Below, one piece after another: positions 60,422-64,000 of a DNA stretch of 64,000 nucleotides. The notes beneath the pieces are model-generated. The model was given only the letters and a program-made list of their open reading frames with translations. It did not search any database and had not been told where the DNA came from. This DNA comes from Candidatus Versatilivorator sp. GTDB taxonomy: Bacteria > Acidobacteriota > Terriglobia > Versatilivoradales > Versatilivoraceae. The DNA lies in contig OZ242296.1 of NCBI GenBank assembly GCA_965207735.1, positions 3,712,001-3,776,000 of the forward strand, read 5' to 3'. A program made the translations under genes and the position numbers. Every line of letters starts with the position of its first letter. The stretch's first letter is position 1.

Positions 60422-60559
60422 ATCTACAGGCAGTCACGCGCCGAGTGGCGAATCGGCTCCGACCCGTCTAAAATGGTGTTTCGCCTGTGGTGGCCAGGCG
60501 CGCCGGACGGTCCGGCCTGAAACTGCCGGCGAAGTTCCTCACGGGGGAGCGGGATTCTC

Positions 60560-61681
60560 ATGAAGTGGTCCTGGAAAATCGGGGAATATGCGGGCATCGG
60601 CGTCTACATCCATGCCACCTTTCTGCTGATCATCGGCTATTTCGCCATTACGCACTGGAAGGCCGGGGGCCCCGGCGCAGCCCTGTCGGGGGTCCTGTTC
60701 ATCCTGGCCCTGTTCGTCTGCATCGTGCTTCACGAGTTCGGTCACGCTCTGACGGCACGCAGGTACGGTATCGCCACCCGGGATATCACGCTCCTGCCCA
60801 TCGGGGGCGTGGCCCGTCTGGAGCGGATGCCGGAGGACCCCTGGCAGGAACTCTGGGTAGCCCTGGCCGGCCCCGCCGTCAACATCGTCATCTCCTTGAC
60901 GCTGGCGGCCTGGCTATTGGTAACCAACCAGTGGGGGGCTCTGGATCGAATTGCCTTCGATCAGCTCAGCTTCGGGACATTTCTGCCGATTCTGATGGCG
61001 GTCAACCTGATTCTGGCCGGTTTCAACATGTTGCCGGCCTTTCCCATGGACGGCGGCAGGGTGTTGCGGGCTCTGCTGGCCATGAGAATAGACTACCTGC
61101 GAGCCACCCGGGTCGCCTCCGGCCTCGGTCAAGGGATGGCCTTCCTGTTTGGATTCATCGGACTCTATTCGTGGAATCCTTTTCTGCTGTTTGTGGCCCT
61201 GTTCGTCTGGATGGGAGCCCAGCAGGAAGCGTCCCTGGTGGGCATGAGGTCGGCCCTGGGGGGGATTCCGGTCAGCCATTCCATGGTCACCAACTTTCGC
61301 ACGCTTTCTCCCTACGACTCCCTGGGCCAGGCGGTGGACGAGATTCTGGCCGGCTCTCAGCAGGATTTTCCAGTGGTCGAGGGCGACCGGGTGGTGGGGG
61401 TTCTGACCCGAGCCGACCTGCTGGTAGCGTTGGCCAAGCAGGGATTGAGCACCCCGGTGTCCTCGGTGATGCGGCGGGATTTTCAGATGGTGGAGGCCAC
61501 CGAAATGCTGGAAATGGCTTTTGTCCGGCTGCAGCAGTGCAAGTGCCGCACCATGCCCGTGGTCCGAAACGGCCGCCTTTCGGGTCTTCTGACCATGGAG
61601 AACGTGGGCGAGTTCCTCAGCATTCATTCCGCCCTGAACCAGTCCAAGCGGGGATTCAAGCACAGCGTCTTCGAATCCTGA
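60560..61681 (+). CDS. M50 site-2 protease with CBS domains
   Basis: HEFGH, AGP.VN, NMLPAFPMDGGR; C-terminal CBS pair. Confidence 0.93.
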   Translation: MKWSWKIGEYAGIGVYIHATFLLIIGYFAITHWKAGGPGAALSGVLFILALFVCIVLHEFGHALTARRYGIATRDITLLPIGGVARLERMPEDPWQELWVALAGPAVNIVISLTLAAWLLVTNQWGALDRIAFDQLSFGTFLPILMAVNLILAGFNMLPAFPMDGGRVLRALLAMRIDYLRATRVASGLGQGMAFLFGFIGLYSWNPFLLFVALFVWMGAQQEASLVGMRSALGGIPVSHSMVTNFRTLSPYDSLGQAVDEILAGSQQDFPVVEGDRVVGVLTRADLLVALAKQGLSTPVSSVMRRDFQMVEATEMLEMAFVRLQQCKCRTMPVVRNGRLSGLLTMENVGEFLSIHSALNQSKRGFKHSVFES

Positions 61682-61682
61682 T

Positions 61683-63053
61683 TCACGTGCCGGTCCTGGC
61701 GGGACTTGCCGGCATCCCTTCACCGGCTCCCTGCAGGACGGCCTGGAACAATTCGTTCACGTGGAAGCCGCCGCCCCTGACGGGCACACCCAGCCGTTCC
61801 TCCAGGTCTGCGCGCACCCAGTCATCCAGAAACAGGTCTTCTTCCCCGGTCATGGACTCCGAGGGGATGACGACGAAATCTCCGTGGACCCGCCCGCTCA
61901 GGCTCGCGAAAATATCCGAACCGGTCAGCAGCCCCGCCACCGTGATCCCGCCGCCGAAATAGCGGTTTTCGACCAACTCGCAACGCAGCTCGGTTCCCAG
62001 GGCCCTATTCATGCGTTCAACACAGTCCCGCAGGATCGGATGGAAGATCCTGCCGGTCGCGACCGTGCCGCGAATCGGCGCCGCGGCCGGCTCCCACTGG
62101 TTTTGCATCTCCCGGTGGAAGTCGTCCAGGAAGGTCCGAACCATGCCCACCCCGTTCTCTACCAGCGGAAAATCCCCGTAGTGGGTCCGGGGCGGAATGG
62201 GCTGCGAGGCCATGATGTAGAACTCGTCTCCCAGAAAACAGAAGGGGGTGGGGTGGGATTTTCGAATGCGTTCCTGGATGGTGGAGACGTGGGCAATGGT
62301 CTTGCGGGCGTAGTCGGCGTCGACCGGCGTCAATTGGGGCAGCCCCCGGCGGTGATTCGTCAGGCCGACCGGGACGATCGACAGGGTCATGACCTGGGGA
62401 TGAAACGCCAGCAGATCCCGGATGCTTCTCTCCAGGTGGGCTCCGTCGTTGATCCCCGGCATGAGCACGATCTGAGTGTGCAATCGGATACCACCGGCAA
62501 TGAGGCGGCGGATATTTCCCAGCAGGTCGTCGGGCCGGCGGTTTTGCAGCAGATATTGGCGCAGCCCGGGCTCGGTGGCGTGGACGGAAACGTAGAGGGG
62601 CGAGAGCCGCTGCTCGAAAATTCGTTGATAGTCTTTCTCGGAGAGGTTGGTAAGGGTCAGGTAGTGGCCGAACAGGAATGAGAGCCGGAAGTCTTCGTCC
62701 TTGACCCTCAAGGTGCGGCGAACCTGCTTGCCGCGCGGCAGTTGGTGGACGAAGCAGAAGATGCAGTTGTTCTTGCAGATCCGGGTCTGAATGGGCTCGA
62801 GTTCGAGGCCCAGGTCTTCGTCCTCCTCTTTTTCAATCTCGATATCCCACAGCTCTCCCGACTTCTTGGCCACCTTGAGGCTCAGCTCCCGATCGACCAG
62901 CGAGCTCAGGTAGCGGTAGTCCAGCGCATCTTCCACCTCACGCCGGTCGATGGAGAGCAGGCGGTCGCCGGGTTCGATGCCCACCTCCTGAGCAATGGAG
63001 CCGTCTTCCACGCTATCGACGGCGACTCCCGGGATCGAAGTGTTTTCGGGCAT
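61683..63053 (-). CDS. DUF512 / PDZ-containing putative Fe-S (radical SAM-like) protein
   Basis: N-terminal PDZ, CKNNCIFCFVHQLP, KDEDFRLSFL, ENGVGM, ITVAGLLTG, FLDD; start ATG 63053. Confidence 0.9.
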   Translation of the reverse strand: MPENTSIPGVAVDSVEDGSIAQEVGIEPGDRLLSIDRREVEDALDYRYLSSLVDRELSLKVAKKSGELWDIEIEKEEDEDLGLELEPIQTRICKNNCIFCFVHQLPRGKQVRRTLRVKDEDFRLSFLFGHYLTLTNLSEKDYQRIFEQRLSPLYVSVHATEPGLRQYLLQNRRPDDLLGNIRRLIAGGIRLHTQIVLMPGINDGAHLERSIRDLLAFHPQVMTLSIVPVGLTNHRRGLPQLTPVDADYARKTIAHVSTIQERIRKSHPTPFCFLGDEFYIMASQPIPPRTHYGDFPLVENGVGMVRTFLDDFHREMQNQWEPAAAPIRGTVATGRIFHPILRDCVERMNRALGTELRCELVENRYFGGGITVAGLLTGSDIFASLSGRVHGDFVVIPSESMTGEEDLFLDDWVRADLEERLGVPVRGGGFHVNELFQAVLQGAGEGMPASPARTGT

Positions 63054-63082
63054 GGCGGCAGGGGGATGGCTCTTTGCGGCGC

Positions 63083-63655
63083 TCAGGCTGGCGCCGGTCC
63101 CTCGGAGACCATTCTCTTTCCCCGGTAAATGTAGTGCAGTCCCGAGAAGACCGTAATGGCTCCCGTGAGGGGGTATAGCACGAACAGCCATTGGGGAGAG
63201 GTCCCCAGGTAGTTGAAAAGCAGCACCAGGGTCAGGGTAACGATCTGCATGAGCGTGGCGGCCTTGCCGAAAATGGAGGGCGGAAAATTCCGATGACCGG
63301 TGATCAAAAGAATGATGAGAGTGCTCACGATCAGAAAGACATCCCGGCTGAGAATCAGGATGGTGAGCCAGAGCGGTATCAGGTTGGGCAGCTCCAGGTC
63401 CTTGATGGACAGCACGACGAAGGCGGTGGACAGCAGCAGCTTGTCGGCGATGGGATCCAGCAGGGCTCCCAGGGAGGTCTTCTGCTGCAGCCACCGGGCC
63501 ATCAGGCCGTCCAGGCCATCAGTGACACCGGCCAGCAGGAAGACGAAGAAGGCCCAGCCGAGCTGTTCGTAGAGCAACAGGTTGACGAACACCGGAATGA
63601 AGGCCATTCTCAGAATGGTGATCTGATTGGCAGGCGTGAGCAGTTGGGAGGTCAT
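63083..63655 (-). CDS. CDP-alcohol phosphatidyltransferase (PgsA-like)
   Basis: ANQITILR, TDGLDG..AR...TSLGALLDPIADK motif. Confidence 0.92.
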   Translation of the reverse strand: MTSQLLTPANQITILRMAFIPVFVNLLLYEQLGWAFFVFLLAGVTDGLDGLMARWLQQKTSLGALLDPIADKLLLSTAFVVLSIKDLELPNLIPLWLTILILSRDVFLIVSTLIILLITGHRNFPPSIFGKAATLMQIVTLTLVLLFNYLGTSPQWLFVLYPLTGAITVFSGLHYIYRGKRMVSEGPAPA

Positions 63656-63889
63656 CGCCAGGGGCCGGACAACCGGTCGAAAACGGCAAATGTTAACGGG
63701 CCGCGCGAAAGACTGTCAACGCAATTCCCGGCCATCAAACGGGCCGCGACAGACAAGAACGGGGCACCGGCGGAAGCAACAGGCGGACCCTGCTCCATTC
63801 GCCAATGGCCTCTACCGGCAAGGAGTCATGCCTTGCGGGCGCCTGAATGCGGGAGGCCTTTAGAATGAGGTGTTTCGGGAAGAAAGGGA

Positions 63890-63964
<75 letters not shown>

Positions 63965-64000
63965 CGACCCGGGTTGAAATCCTCGCCGGGGATTGTGGCA

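Noticed and set aside
61683-63494. 603-aa version of the DUF512 ORF
   Set aside because: The extension overlaps the pgsA-like gene; the real start is probably ATG 63053.

Overview
GC-rich bacterial chromosomal window. Gene content points to Acidobacteriota or a PVC-like environmental lineage (DUF1553/DUF1501 pair, Gld-like ABC, many Tat substrates); the taxon is an inference. Left third (1-31 kb) is mostly housekeeping and metabolic: a partial divergent aroC, aguB/TraB/aguA, an AceE-like ThDP enzyme, CBS-korAB-CBS, a Gld-like ABC system, clpB-grpE, fabI, a radical SAM protein and a LysR regulator. A lower-GC islet (about 31.9-34.9 kb) holds higBA, hicB, a decayed hicA and a decayed HEPN-like gene. 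An intact IS1182-like element sits at 36.0-37.6 kb. From about 35 to 60 kb lies a large uncharacterised catabolic/periplasmic region: DHDPS-fold proteins, aldolase, SDRs, AKR, cupins, an (alpha/alpha)-barrel-like protein, two Tat-exported glycoside-hydrolase-like paralogs, and MFS and EamA transporters. The window ends with an M50 protease, a DUF512 protein, a pgsA-like gene and tRNA-Val(CAC). The most striking observations not in the ORF track are: (i) a dispersed family of small elements with terminus TA(G/A)CCCGCATTTCTCACC that repeatedly sits on stop codons, including one that fills the whole gap between two convergent stops; (ii) a 72-bp MITE with perfect 18-bp TIRs and a 7-bp target duplication in the clpB ribosome-binding region; (iii) several enzymes in the catabolic region that appear to lack canonical catalytic residues, including a Tat-lipoprotein KdgD/DHDPS-fold protein with no Schiff-base Lys. 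No CRISPR array or rRNA was seen. All calls were made by eye without database searches.
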